A DNA stretch of 64,000 nucleotides, from the NCBI RefSeq assembly GCF_003704095.1, contig NW_020845410.1:930001-994000 (forward strand), read 5' to 3'. Of the stretch, positions 1 through 13,696 are shown piece by piece. The notes beneath the pieces are model-generated. The model did not search any database. It saw only the letters and a program-made list of their open reading frames with translations, and was not told the origin of the DNA. Position 1 is the stretch's first letter, and each line of letters starts with the position of its first letter. Made by a program: the position numbers and the translations under genes. Origin of the DNA: Pocillopora damicornis (Eukaryota).

Positions 1-122
1 ATGATAATAATGATGACGATGATAACACTACAGATGTACAAAGATATCCTCCAAATTCTTTTTAGCAGTCAATGCTTGTTCATTATTTTGTGCCCAACCA
101 TGTTTTTAAATGACATTTTCAG

Positions 123-3100
123 AGGGTACCTGAAGTAGACAGCCTGCCATATGGAAGCAAATCTCCAGCTAAACAGCTTTCAAGCTCCCCTTTTAGAGGA
201 AAGCAGAAAGAGCCTGGTAAAGGGTCAGAGACAGAGATTACTGGAGAGCACCTCAAGGGTACACCACCTCGACCACAATCCAGCACTCCACACAGTGGCC
301 CAGAAAAACTAGGGTTAGAAGGTGGGGTCACTTTGGGAGCTCAAAAGGTACATATGTGGTTGTTTTGTTGTTAAATCAGAGCAGAGCAGTGTTAAATCTA
401 AACGACTCCAAACAAATTTCATTTCTTTCAGAACTCTCCTTCAAAGAAATCAAAGACAGCCCAGGCTTCTCAACCACAAATATCAGCTCCAGGCCCCAGC
501 AGCACTGTTCCTTTACTTGGAACGAGGCTACCAATTGATCCAGGAGCACACCACTTCTGTTTTTCTATTGACCTGCGCAGTATTTCCAATCTTGATGTAA
601 CATCTCCTGTTAACTGTTTCCTCAGGTTTGTCTGTCAAAAATTGACCAAGTTTGTACTAAGTAGACCATAACCAATGGAATGAATAAGATGTTTATTCTC
701 CCTCCAGGTACACATATCCTTTCTTTGGCAGTGCTGCACCTGTTATCACTAGTCCTCCTGTACAAGTCCAACGCAACATGGAAGTTCTTCTACCAAAATC
801 ATTCTGTGCCTTTGACTTTGCATCATCGCCAATACTTCTTCAACAAACTCTCACAAGGTTAGCAAAGATGTCAGCTCTTTGAATTAGACCAATGTCAGTG
901 CACCTACCCCTCTCCTAACCTCATGAGAGTCAACTGATAACAAGTTAGGGTTAATGTTAAGTTAGGGAAGAGGTAAGTATGTAGTTGTTGAGATACTGAC
1001 ATTGATCCATGAAATTTAAGTTTGCAATCAATTGTCAATAAAACAAAGCTAAAGTAACCAATGGTGACCAATCAGTGAAGAGATTGGCATCACAGGGAGC
1101 CAATGACTGAGCTGAAGCGTGGGAAGACCCTATTGATCAAATGGGGATTGGTTTTTCTTTGGCATCTGATTTTTTGAGAAGACAGACGTGTGTTCCTGAC
1201 AGATCACTTTGTGTAGTTAATCAAAAGCAGTTCAGTCCTAGATTACTTGGATTACTCTCAATTTGTTTTTGTTTTACAATAGAGTTCCCCTTGTGATTGA
1301 GGTGTGGCATAAAGACAGCATGGCTGGAAATCTTCTGATTGGAGTCTCCAATATGTTACTGGCCTCTGTCCTAAGTGCCAATAAAGTTCAAGTCTTGTCG
1401 CAGGTGAGAGTCAAGTTTAAATTATTTGATAGAAAATCGGTTTGTGCTTCGTCAAGGCATGATACACTAGCACAATTTTCAAAGCACAGCTCAAGTGTTT
1501 TCAATGAAAAAAAAAAAAAAAAAAAAGAAAGGGGGGGCAGCGATCTGATACATTTTTTCTCACCTTGACAGCCATTGCTAAATTTTTGCATTTGTCATAT
1601 TTATATTTCGTGTGGTAAGGGTAAAGAAGTGACTGGCTACAGGCAAATTTATAACGAGAGGGTGATAATCTTTACTACAGAAAAGTAAGTGCAACAATTT
1701 TGTATAGACTCAATAGATAGTTACAGAGTTTGTACAGACCAAAGCTTTCTTTATACATCATTTAATTCAGTTGACGTTGCAGTGGGCGAGAGGCTGGGAG
1801 GGGTCTGGCTCGAATAATTTCTTTTTCATGCCAGAACCCTCGTAGACCTTTCGCACGCTCACAACCATTATAAAAATCAGAATAGTGTTTTGTTTGGTGT
1901 GTTTGTTTCTTTTTATGTTTCTTTTTTAATCTTCATTTAACGATGATGACAATAAACCTCTTTCTCAGGCCTGCTCGGAGAATCGGTGAGCTTCATGTGG
2001 TTCTCGGTTTAGAGGACATGGGCCCAGTGAACATACAGCGCTTGATGGAGGCAAACGAGGTAAGATTAACCCTGTAACCCCTGAGGGTGACCAGCATCTA
2101 ACTTCTCAATAAGGTATCTGACTGCTGAATCAAACATAAGGCTCATGAGAATTGAGGAAATGATCGTAAACGTGAAATGCTCCTGAGTTTTATTTTAATT
2201 CTCCCTTTCAGTGCCATAGGAAATGTATAAAGAACAGTATGGAGAAGATGTATGCTGATATTAGGGCGTAAAGGGTTAAAGAAGGGGGGGTGGCTTTTTA
2301 CAGAGACAGGAGGGTGAGGAAGTTTATCACTGAAACTCGACATGACGCAAATCCTAAAAGATATGGTGTAGAACTCTTAGGTGTGATCAGAAGGAACGAA
2401 GCTTTGCGAAAACCAAAATTAAATCTTTGCAACGAACGTTCCTCTTTTTGTATTTTAGTACAGTCTTTCCTCTTCACTTGAAAGTAGCCAGACATCTAGT
2501 GCCATTCCTCTCTCTGAGCCGCAGCGTGTTCCGCCCGCTCAGCCCAAGCCTCCTCCTGTTACTGACCCACGTGACACAGAAGAGTACAAGACCGCGTTAG
2601 AACTGGAGCTTTGGAAGGAGCAACAGGAAGAGATGTTTCAAGCACAGGTGAAACTCAACTTTGCGATGGAAGAAAGGCACCCCAGTAGAAGACCCTTTGA
2701 TGAGGAATGAATAAAACTGTTATTGAACTGTTTTCCTGTAATTTCCTGTAAAGTGCACATCTTTCCATAAAAACACAGTCGAACTGAGTAGACAAAAGTA
2801 AGCCGTTGAGTCAATGGTCTTCAAAGATTGGTCCCTCTGTCTGTATTGAATATGTTTCCCTTCTGTCAAAACAGATGCAGCATCGAGAAAACTCGCACAT
2901 GAAAGCTCTTGCTGAGGAATGGAAAAGACGAGATAAAGAGCGCGAACTGATGGTGAAGAAAAAGGTGCAACAGAAACCTCATTTTGTTTAATTATCCATC
3001 TATTTTTGCCTTTTAATCTATAGGCTTGATGGAATGTACTTTTGTATAATTTTTAGCTGGAAGAATATTCAAGATTGGAAGAAAAGATCAAACAGTCCAT

Positions 3101-5495
3101 CGCTGATCTGGAGAGGAGAGAAAAACTTTTGTCCACCAATGAGGCTCAGGTTTGTTAGAGAGTTTGTAAGAGGATTGCAAGATTCTAATTTGATTTCATG
3201 CGAATATTTCCTCCATTTTAATTTTTAGAAGCTTTTAAAAGTACGTAAGTTAGCCCTTAGTGTTGGGCTAGTGTTGGGCTTATGGATCAAATGATGGAAG
3301 TTACAATCTTAAAGTACACGGAAGTCGTTAACTTGTGTAAGAAAGCAAAATTGAGGACCTTTGAGAATAGGGAGCATTAGATGCCTTTTGCTTTCGATCG
3401 CTTTTAAATAGTTGATGGGCAACGCTTTCAAAATTGAATGTAATGGTTGCCTAGGTGATGCACTTGAAGGAAGAACTGGAACGAGAACACGAACGACGGA
3501 CTACAGAAATGAGAGAAGCTGCTCGAAGATTGAAAGATGACTGCTCACATCAAGTAGAAATGGAGAGGTTTAGTTTTATTTATGACTGCCTTTTAATCAT
3601 TGCTTTGCGCATCGCTGTTCATCGTATTATTGATAAGAGAGTCACACGCTCGATTCACGTTTTAGGATGAGGTGTGGGCAAGCGGGGGTGGGGTGATGGT
3701 GGTGGAAGTGTGCGTCGATTTTTCATAGCTGACATCGTTGTTGTAAGGAGTCATGATATTTTGCTTCCTCTCGATACCTTCAAAAATCATTGTTTGCTCC
3801 TTCCCTTAAAAATATCATTTCACTCCGAGTGTTTTGTGACAGATGCTTTTGGAGTTAAAACTTCCATTGTTAAAAAAGCGATTGCAGACTTTTTAACAGA
3901 GATTACAATATAGTGGTAATCAAGGTTTAGTATTTAACATTCCTCTCTCCAGGCGTGTTATCGTTCGCTTTACGAAAAAAATTCGCATACTGACCGAAAT
4001 ATTCATAAAACTCTACCACGCTATTGCATATTTATAGCGCTAGTTGTGAGCTTCCTCCTCGCAGTCAAAGTTACAGACTTTGAATTGAGTAATTTTGTTT
4101 CAAGAATGAAAGTCAAGGACCTGGAGGAACAGAAACAGAGACTAGTGGAGCAAGTGAGTGACATTCCTTCTCCGATTGAGGTACCAGTTTTGTTTCGTGG
4201 AATTATTATGTGGAATAACTCGGCATTACTATTTTGTTCAGGTTTACGAAGCAGAGAAACGATATCAAGCGAAAGAGAATGAGTTCATGGCTTACAAGGA
4301 GCAACAGCTGACGAAACCTGAAGTAAAGCTCGAGTCCGAAATAAATCTTTTAAAAATGGAAAAGGTAAACTGTTATTACGAACGTTTATATGTTGTTTAA
4401 TTATTTCTTTTCTTTTATCTTCTGACAAAAATTGTTGAATTGAATGAAAAGGTCTGTTTTAACTGTTATGAGTCATCTTTCCCCCAACAGACAGAACTTG
4501 AACGTAAGTTAGAAACGGCGAACAAGTCAAAGATTCACTACAAACAGCAATGGGGCCGAGCGCTAAGGGAACTGGCGCGACTGAAACAGCAAGAACAGAC
4601 CGCTGCCAGAGCGCGGCTCAAAAAACAAGAGCAAGAGCTGGAACACATGCGCCTGCGTTATCTTGCCGCCGAAGAGAAGGAGGTATATATTGTGTGCGCC
4701 TGCTACACCTTGTGCCAGCATAGTCCCTTTTATTTAATTATTTGTTACAGAGCTGTATTTTTTTCATTATTAAATATGTTCTATTATTTAGGTTGTTAAA
4801 TCTGAGAAAGAAGAGCTGGAGGAAATAAAACTTGAGTTAGCCAGGTGAGTAGTTTGGTATTATTGTTGTTGTCAAATGCTGTAAAGCGTTTTTTAAAATG
4901 TCCAATAGGCTCTTATTGACCTTATGGCAGGGCTAAAAATTAACTCCAGTGCTTGGTGGCCAGTCGGGCCAGTTTCCTTAAATTCTTAGTGGCCCTATCC
5001 CAAAATGAAGTAGCCCTCGCATAATTTACATTGCAACTTTTCGAAATTCTGTAGCATAGTCGCACATCGGGCGTTCAAACCTTAACTTTTAGTGGCCCTG
5101 GTCAGTTTTAACTCGCCAATGGCGACCGTGCGACCGCCAATTTTTAGCCCTGTTATGGTACGATTATATGAACTTTGAGAGGTCATGGAAGTTTTTTTCT
5201 TCTTTGCAACAGATTAAAACAACAGGAGGAGGCGAAAGCACGGGTAAATCAAGCGCCGACTGAAGAGCAGGAAAAAACATCAGCCGCCAATTCGTCACAA
5301 AGAAGAAGTGTTAAGCATTCACCTGGACTCACATCTGTTCATGAACATGACGAAGAAGACATTGATAGCAGAATAGCGAAACTGATCGAGGAAAGAGATA
5401 CGCTGTTACATACGGGAGTTTATACCACTGATGATCGTATAATAGTTGAACTAGATCGACAAATAAGAGACGCTATAGCCAGTAGGGGCACGTGA
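123..5495 (+). CDS. CEP120: Centrosomal protein of 120 kDa, 3' part (third C2 domain plus coiled coil); 5' exons lie upstream of the window
   Basis: Fifteen GT-AG exons join in frame (2031 nt including TGA): 123-347, 432-625, 708-857, 1283-1403, 1620-1684, 1969-2059, 2459-2647, 2875-2964, 3057-3149, 3455-3567, 4105-4153, 4242-4364, 4491-4682, 4792-4844, 5213-5495. The translation contains [94 protein letters not shown] and [29 protein letters not shown], all matching vertebrate CEP120 as I recall it. Confidence 0.96.
887..1007. repeat. Palindromic MITE-like element in a CEP120 intron
   Basis: Ends gaccaatgtcagt / actgacattgatc are near-perfect inverted repeats; an internal inverted pair (acctacccctctcctaac / gttagggaagaggtaagt) is also present. 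Confidence 0.55.
2070..2275. mobile_element. piggyBac-type MITE (206 bp) in a CEP120 intron
   Basis: Structure TTAA|CCCTGTAACCCCT ... AGGGCGTAAAGGG|TTAA: TTAA duplication at 2066-2069 and 2276-2279, CCCT/AGGG termini, 10 of 13 TIR positions match; no coding capacity. Confidence 0.7.
4928..5152. mobile_element. hAT-like MITE (225 bp) in the last CEP120 intron
   Basis: Perfect 14-bp TIRs CAGGGCTAAAAATT / AATTTTTAGCCCTG, flanked by a perfect 6-bp direct repeat TTATGG (4922-4927 and 5153-5158). Confidence 0.85.
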
Positions 5496-6245
5496 TATAA
5501 GGGGAGAAGGTTAGGGTTGGTTCGAATTAATCCGGATTGGTTTATTGATTGCAATTTTCTTGATGTGAAAAATCAGGAGTAGTGCGGTGAAGAAAAGAGG
5601 GAGGGGAGGGGAGGGGTTTGGGGATGCTAGAGAAAAAAAAGTAAGAATCGTTGAAATAAGCACTGCGCACTTCCGGTAGGGCAGGGGAGGGGGGGGGGAC
5701 ATTTGAGATTTGAGAAGGGGCCCGGAATCGTTAGACTACGAGCAGTCCCTCTGGGAAGATTCAATTAATATCGACGAGGCTTCGCTCTCCTAGAGGCCTC
5801 GCTGATTTCAACAGACCGCTGATTTCAACAGACCAGCATGACAGTATAGGCTGAAAAGGAGGACTGATCGTAGTGTAGGGAACCTCGAAAAGAGTTGAGT
5901 AGTGATTGTGAGCTTATCAATTATGGTCTTTCTTCAATAATCCTATAATTTTGTAGTTACTGATTTAAAAGTCAAGGCCAAGTGTTACAGCTGATTCGTA
6001 ATCCTTTAAACCAAATGTGGAGCGATCACAGATTTTGTGTTATGTGTTTGAAACTGGGTTTCTTACGACACTGGAAGAAATAACTGATTGTTTTTTTCTT
6101 ATTGACGACGCTATTCGCACAAGGCACAGAACACAATTTTAACATTTTCAATAGCGCGAAGAGACCCTTCCTAACTTAGACCAACTTAAATTCTGAGACC
6201 TTTCCGCGGAACTGAAAGCATTGAGTAATTTAATTTGCGAGAACC

Positions 6246-6299
6246 GTGTGTGAGTGTGTGAGTGTGTGAGTGTGTGAGTGTGTGAGTGTGTGAGTGTGA
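6246..6299. repeat. (TGAGTGTG)n octamer tandem repeat, about 6.5 units
   Basis: Directly visible in the sequence. Confidence 0.95.
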
Positions 6300-8190
6300 C
6301 TCCTTCATTGAAACACAGTACACACCTTAACAAAATTAATGCCAATAAAATTAAGACATGCAACTAACTCTTCCAGAAATAGAAGCGAATTCACTTTCAA
6401 TACGTTTCGTACAATTTAAAAATTTCTTGCGCAATCTCTGCTGCTGCTTGGCTTCATTGCTCGAAAAATTGCATTATTTTTCGGTGACGCCGGTTGAGGT
6501 TGTTGCCAAGGAGAGTAAAGAGTCTATCCAAAGGCGTGTGAAAGTGGTTTGCAACTAAAAATCTGTACGCTGTACGTATTCTGCTGTTCAGGACACTCAG
6601 ACGCACTCTGACTGATACAGCCAAGTTTGCAGTGGGAAGGAGCAGCCTTAACGAAACTTTCTCCCCATCGAACTCCCGTAGACAATGCCATCACAGTTTT
6701 TGGATAAAAAACAAAGCAAAACAAAGACGCAGATGTTGTTGATGAAGTATTTTTACTTTCCGAGCATTCTTTGAATCTACTAGTAATTTAAATAACTAAA
6801 TGAATGCAATTTTCGCTGTTTAAAATCTGAATATAATGCGTTTACAAAGTTTCTTTGTAAATATACATAGGCGTGTCCTTTTTTTGGTTTTAGTTTGTTT
6901 AGTTTGACCATTTGTGAAAGAAACTGTAGAATTATTTTTGGTAAGCGCACTAACAAACAGCGCCGTAGTAACGGTGGAGCGGGAAAACGACGAAGGTTGG
7001 GTCCGGTCTAGAGATCAACTCGACTCAAACCTCTCTTGTTTTTCCGCTCTGCTGCTTCTGGACGCCTTCTCTTGTCTTATTCGATTTACTAACTGAACGC
7101 CTGGAGTAGCCTGGATTTTTGATCATTGTATCACTTTATGGTTGCTTTTTTCCTCATGGGAAAAAATTTTGTTCGTACTTTTGAAAAAGAACTTCACTTT
7201 AGAAGTCCGGTGAGCGAATGGATGAGTTTACCGCTGGTTGTTTCACAATCTGTTCCTAGATAGACAGAATCTTTTAAAAAAATTGTCTTCAAAGGAGCCA
7301 ACCACTCCCACTTTCTGCACCTCTTCTGTCTCAAATGCAAATCAGAGTTTGGACTAATTGTGTGTCGACCAAAAACCGCAGCAATACTTGTGGGTTGGGC
7401 TTCAACAGCTTAGCATCTGATGCCAAGTGGAAAGTCAAGTTCCGGCCCTGTGTGATAGAATCTAAAGCGAGTGCTCTAGCCCCATTAAGTTTGCAAGTTG
7501 AAACTATATGGTAAATCAGTGTTCAATCTTTCGCAGACCTAGAATACATGGCTTCTTTGCTGCGCTTTCGGTGCGCAGATTAATCTGCTCTTTTCAGCCA
7601 TAACACCACGTAAGGCAGAAGGCCAACTGGAAAAAGATTCGTTCAAACGCAAATAGCGTCTGCCGATAAATTTCCATTGAGCATCGTCGCTGAATTGATC
7701 CACTCACGAATATTTCAGATATGGTTGAGTGCCTCAAGAATTCTTTTGTGTTCGTGTTAAATAAATTTCCTTTGATATTTCTTTTCAAAAAAAAAAAAAC
7801 AAACTCAATCTTTTGGAGATGTGTTTTATAAAGGTGGAAGAAATGACTTTTTATCTGAATAGAACAGATCAGATATAGGCTCAAAGACAAATACACAATT
7901 CGTCCATCAATGATACTATATTCTCTTGTCTCTGAAAACCTCAGTGAGCACGAATAATTGAAAATCAGCAACCAGAAAGATAATAATCCAATCAGATCCG
8001 TGCAGAGAACAAATCCGTGATCCACGTGGGATGGGCTTATAATTGATTCTAGAATCCGCGAGAAGGGTTCTTCTCTGTTGCTAGACATAAGGCATTAACA
8101 ACAAATAAGCTCTTCCTGGTAGTCATCACCAGTTATCAGCTTACGGTTACGATAGCGAGAGACATTTCGATATTAGAGTACTTCGAGGAG

Positions 8191-11100
8191 ATGAAAAGGA
8201 CATATCAAAATGAGTTGGTGAGTAATTGTCTATGAGACTGTTAAATTGTTACTCAGTAGTTCATAGTTTCTGTAGTTCTTGATGGTTCTAATTGGTCACC
8301 TGAACAAGCGGAAAAAAGAGCAATCTTACGAGAAGACTAGCGCTGACACCGGCCTCATTAAATAACAAGTAACTCTTACCAGACAAGCAATGAAGGCAAC
8401 TCTCTGTCTGTTGGCGCTAAAAACAAATAAGTTAGTTGGTGCAATGGGAGGTGTTTAAATCTTTTATCCCACTTGATACACTGCCGAAGTTATAACATGT
8501 TGTGGTGAGTTCTGTCAAGATTCATATCATATCTGTGGTGACAGTAGTGGTGAAAAAAAATTTTACGGTTCTCAAGATCACTCAGATACTTGAAGCCTCT
8601 CGCAAGCTACAGAACAATCACTTAAACTCAATTTACACTGTTTTACTCTACCATTAATTTATACAGTGTTACATTTACAAGTTTAACCCTTCCAATTAAT
8701 ATCATCTACTGAAATAAGACGTGGTTTCTCACACGTAACAGACAAAATTCTTGATCCTTACAAACAATAACATCAAGGCAGGCAAGGTCAGTTTATTTTT
8801 ATAGGCATTTAAATAACGGATCTTATTAAGGATTCGATTATTTCAGGTCGACTGCTCCTCGACTAAGAGGGCCTTTGCGGCAAGCTCTCAGTCGCAGGGA
8901 AAGCGATACATAATAACCTCTGCCGCTGTTAGGAACTGCTTGTACGAAAGAAAACAACTGGTGTTCATCGACGCAAACAAACTACTAAGACTGAATTTTG
9001 AGGGCTTTAACAAGCAATTATGTAAGTTTATTCATTCGTAAATCCGTTATTTTACAGGCTTAGTCTCTCCTAATACGTAATATTTTAGATTTACTCACGA
9101 TACCGGATATAGCGTGTTCGCGAACTTTTCAAGTCAACCATAGCCTCCCTTCTGGCACACACATGATCCACGCTTATAAATGATAGAGCGGTCCTTATAA
9201 ACGTTTCTTGAAAGTTCAGACTCTATCTATTTGTCTTCTTACTCAAAGAGGAGAAGTAATTCATAAAACCTGTTGTTATGCTCGAGATAGTTTTTAATTT
9301 GTCCTGGAATGATTAAACTTTTTTTCATTAATAACTAGGGATTGCATTCTAGATTATTTTCATTGTTTTAGGATAGTGTGTCGTTTCATTTGAAGTCGTG
9401 ACCTTCGCCTTTTTTCCATTGTCTTGGAAAGCTAGAAATACCGCTTGTCATTTTTTGGAAAGCTTTAATGAACCGTGCTCTTTAAACATGGACGCTATTG
9501 TTAAAAGTTTTCTGACGGTAACTAAGAATAAGTAGAATTCCAACGCCTACTGGTATGAATAAGGCAGGTCTATTGCAACTTAACTGACACGTTTCTGAAG
9601 ATATCAAGAAAGCAAAAAGCAGATGGCTAAGGAAGCCTTGTAGTCACTTTTTTACTTGCTTACAGAACTCTCTAAAATACTCAATTGGAAAGGTAATGTG
9701 TCGTTAAGTTATGCAAAAATTTAAGGCTACATCTAAATGCTAAATTTATTCTATAGCTTTGTGTACGTGCGCCGTGCTTTTTCATTCAAACCCCTTTATC
9801 ACAGGAAAACTTTCGCAAGAAACCCTCACTCCTAGAAAACAATCACGCTATCTGTAGAAACTTGCTAGCGTCTAGTCCACATTACTCCAAAATCTGAAGT
9901 ACTCGTTTTGAGCAGTTCTTTTTAAAAAGGTCAATTGTTTTGTGCAATTGTTTTGTGCAATTGTTTTACAATTCGTCAGGAATACCCGAGGGATCCAATC
10001 TTCTCACACCTCATAAGAGTAAACACTTATGCCTTTCTTTGTTTGCTATAGACGCTTAACCGCCTGAACAAGCGTCCAAAAAAAAATTTGAACCCCGGAT
10101 CGTAAATCTTGCGCCGAAGACGTGAACGCGTGGTTAAATGAGAATACCCTTTTTTTCAGTGTGTCTTCTCTGTAAGAAAGACTATTCAGAACCTTGTCCC
10201 TTACATGGTTTGGGCCATGCGATCGTAGACAACAAACGTCTGCAGGGGAGCAGAGCTATGAAGTCACTCCCACCGGAAGTGAGTTTGTGCAGATCAAGTA
10301 TCCCTGGGACCGGGTTAGGAGTTTGTACTAGAAAACACATTCCTGCTGGCACCTGTATTGGGCCATTTGAGGGCAGGAGAATCCGACCAGAGGAGGTCAA
10401 ACCGGGCATGGATACGTCGTATATGTGGGAGGTAGGAGGCTAATTCCTTACCATATCTGATACGTTGGGTTCTGTAGTGATCAAACGAAAGATTGTCCTG
10501 TACAACAATTAAGAAAATTTTAAGCGTTCTGGGAGGTTGATTCTACGAGACCAAGCCCTATTGCTTAGTGAAATGATCTGCTCCATCACAGGGTACCTAC
10601 CAGCGTTCTATCAGCCTCTAGTCCCTCCTTCGGTGGAATGCTTCTCCATCACAGGTTACCTATTAGCGTTTTATCAGGCTCTCTCAAGAGTTCTTTTGGG
10701 TGGAGAGGGGGGAATTAATAATAAAAGTCTAGCTGTATTTGCTAATTTTTTGTTTAGTGATCCAAATAAATCGTACAAGCCAAGGTTTATCGAACCCTTT
10801 GCAGGAAACTTGTTGGTTCCATAACGTCTATATGCATATTAAAAATGTATGGGAAGAAGAAATACTGATTTTGGGAAATTTGCAGCTAAGAACAGCCAAG
10901 AGAATAGAAATCTCTAGAACTTATTTAAACTAAACAGGAAATATTTTTTAAAAGGTTATAATGGACATTTTAAGCTGATGTGTTTTTTTTTTCATTCTTT
11001 ATTTTTAGATTTTTGACGGCAGCAAGTTAACTTGTTTCATTGACGGCAGTGATGAAGAGACATCAAGCTGGATGCGTTTTATCCAGTGCGCACGCTCAAA

Positions 11101-12058
11101 AGTTGAACAAAACCTCTATGCGTTTCAGTACAAGGGCGAAGTTTATTATCGTGCATTCAAAGACGTTGCTGTTGGTAAAGAGCTTCTTGTGTGGTATGAT
11201 GAACGATATGTACAGCATTTTGGAATACCTTTTGGATATCAGAGCATGTCCTTCGTCAAAGATTTTGAAGGTAATTATGGTTGTTAATTATCCATTGGAA
11301 ATGTTTAAGTAGTATCATCAATATGGTTTGCACAAGCATTTAAAATATTCTAAAGAAAAATATAACACGTCAGACGTCTTTCCAAGTAAAAATGTAAGAT
11401 ACAGACTTTAAAAATGATTTACCTTTGTATCCGTATATTTGATGAGACATCTGTCTGTCAATCTTCTTCAGATGCTCGGCCAATGGTAAAAGAGCAGACA
11501 GGGGATAACAAATCTGCGCAGCAGAAACCTGTGTGTGCTCCTGCTAGTTTACTTCCCAGACAATTATCATCTGACAGCGATGTAGATGGTCAGCGATCCT
11601 CTTCTAACAGTGACGTAGAAAGTGACGTCAGTGACCCTGGAAATACATTAGTGCCCTTTCCCAAAAAATCTCCAGAAAGGGAATTTACTTCCTGGCGGTG
11701 CCAGCAGTGTCGCAAGACTTTTACTCAGCGGGTGGCCCTACAACTTCATGTCTGCCCATGCCAACCATCCAAGCCTTACCAGTGTGGCCAGTGCAGCCTA
11801 GCTTTTTGCAATTCTTCTCAGCTCCGTGCGCATGTCACGTCGCATTCAAGTGAAAAACCATTTAAATGCGGCTTCTGTTCGCGCGCTTTTGTCGGCGCGA
11901 CAACACTAAACAATCACATTAAATCTCACTTCGGGCAGAAGCCTTTTGGCTGTGACAAGTGCGGAAAAACGTTTTCTCAGCCTGGACTTTTATCCAAGCA
12001 CCAAAGAAATCCCCGCGAATGCAAAAGCGACGTATCCCCTCCAACCGTCAATAGCTAA
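8191..12058 (+). CDS. PRDM6: PRDM6-family PR/SET zinc-finger protein, copy A (~440 aa)
   Basis: Exons 8191-8217 (MKRTYQNEL, less certain), 8847-9021 ([16 protein letters not shown]), 10160-10431 (knuckle CLLC-x7-CPLH, SET N-half GPFEG...YMWE), 11009-11270 ([11 protein letters not shown]...ELLVWY), 11472-12058 (four fingers including [10 protein letters not shown]). Total 1323 nt, in frame. Confidence 0.9.
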
Positions 12059-13696
12059 CCTCCGCTCACAGTTCAATTTGTCGAAGAGTGTTTGTTTTGA
12101 AATTCTTGGCCATTTAGAGGACTTCTGACAAGTTTTCATTAATTTTACACATATAGTTTGTGCGGAAAAATAAAAGTGAATAATTATTCAAGTTGTTAAA
12201 ATCGCAGCAAAAAAAGCCAATGTATGGAGCAATAAGTAAAACAGACAAATGGAACAAATAAAGTTAGAGAACAATGCTTAGACTAGTTTTTTAATTTCAT
12301 CGATAATACCGAGTTTTAATAATTTTATTTTTATTTTTAGTATCATAAAAATCATTTTATAGCAAAGGCACTCGAACATAAATATTATTATTTTCATGAT
12401 AAAGGAAGGAGGAGAGAGACTGGAGACCAAGCCTATCCTTAAAGACTGATCATGCGAGAACCTTTTCTTCAGAGGAGTTCTGGGTATTCAAATGAAGATA
12501 TTTTGCTCGCAAATTATGCCTGCAGGTCTCGTAGGCGTTCTGGTCACATCTCGTCTGACTCAGTCGACTTGTTTTTTCGACTGGATTACGTTTTATGTTC
12601 TTGCAAAATGTTTACGCGATAAGTTTTGATGCTGTCCCTGGTATTTAACTCTATGTCGGCATCTTTGTAAAGAAAAAATTCTAGATCATTGTCTTATCTT
12701 TCGTTTACCGTAGAGTTCATTTTAATCTTCCTTTGTTTTTATGGCTCATTAGCTTGGAATTTTCTAGTGATGTTTAAAGGAAAGAACTAAAGAAAATTGA
12801 CGTGGCATCCATTAGAGCAACGTAGAATTAAAAAAATCCGTTGAACGTTGATGAAGGAAGCTATGCTCACTTAGCAGAGCGAGCACCGCTTGCACACATT
12901 TTTCAAACGGCTAGTGACCGAATTTGCGCATTGATAAATACGTGGTCTTAGTTAACCTCGCTTAGTTGTCTTTGTTCTCTTTGTCTTTTGCATTCCCCAA
13001 TCAACTCTAAAAGTCTTTATTCTGCACCAGAACTAAAAGTTCAAGTTTTAAAGACTTTTTGTCGTTTGGTGCAGGGTTTGCATTGAGACAAAACAGACTG
13101 GTATCATAAAAACTCGCTCCCAAACAAGTTACGAAAATAGAATAAATTTACAGATGAACAACAGAGATAAACTTGAAACTGTGGAAACATCAGCTTCATT
13201 TCTCCGCATGAGCAGCCAAACTGAACAGTGATCACATCAGCTTCAAATGGGGGCCACAAAACAAATTGAATATCTTGTGTAATGCTTGAAATCCTTACTG
13301 GGCTGGAATTGAGATTTTACTCTGTTTCTGCAGCCTTGCTGTAGCGTTTTCAAAATATCTTATGAAAAGAGCCTGAGGTTAACCTGAAGAGAAAATCAGA
13401 AGAAAAGTGCTTTAAAGTCTATTGTTCCTTATTTCTTATTATCTGTGGTAATTCTCCGTGAAGGTAATTGACTTTTGTCTTAATTCAAATTATGTGAATA
13501 GTGCATAAAAAGGCATACGTGGAAACACCACCGTCTTTGGACAAAGTAGTTTTCTGTCCTTTTAAAGTCTAATCACACGTCCACTCTTAGTTACGCACGG
13601 GGTGAAAAGAGAGCGCTTTGCGAGTCAGAAGGCGTACGATTCTATACTCCCCAAACTTAAGAAGATTTAAAGATCGACGATTTAAGAGGACTGCAA

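Noticed and set aside
6148-6363. ORF with THSHTHTL repeats
   Set aside because: It is the translation of the (TGAGTGTG)n repeat.
7594-8088. 164-aa minus-strand ORF
   Set aside because: Low-information F/L/I/S-rich translation running through a poly-T tract, with no recognisable motif; it lies in the presumed promoter region of A.
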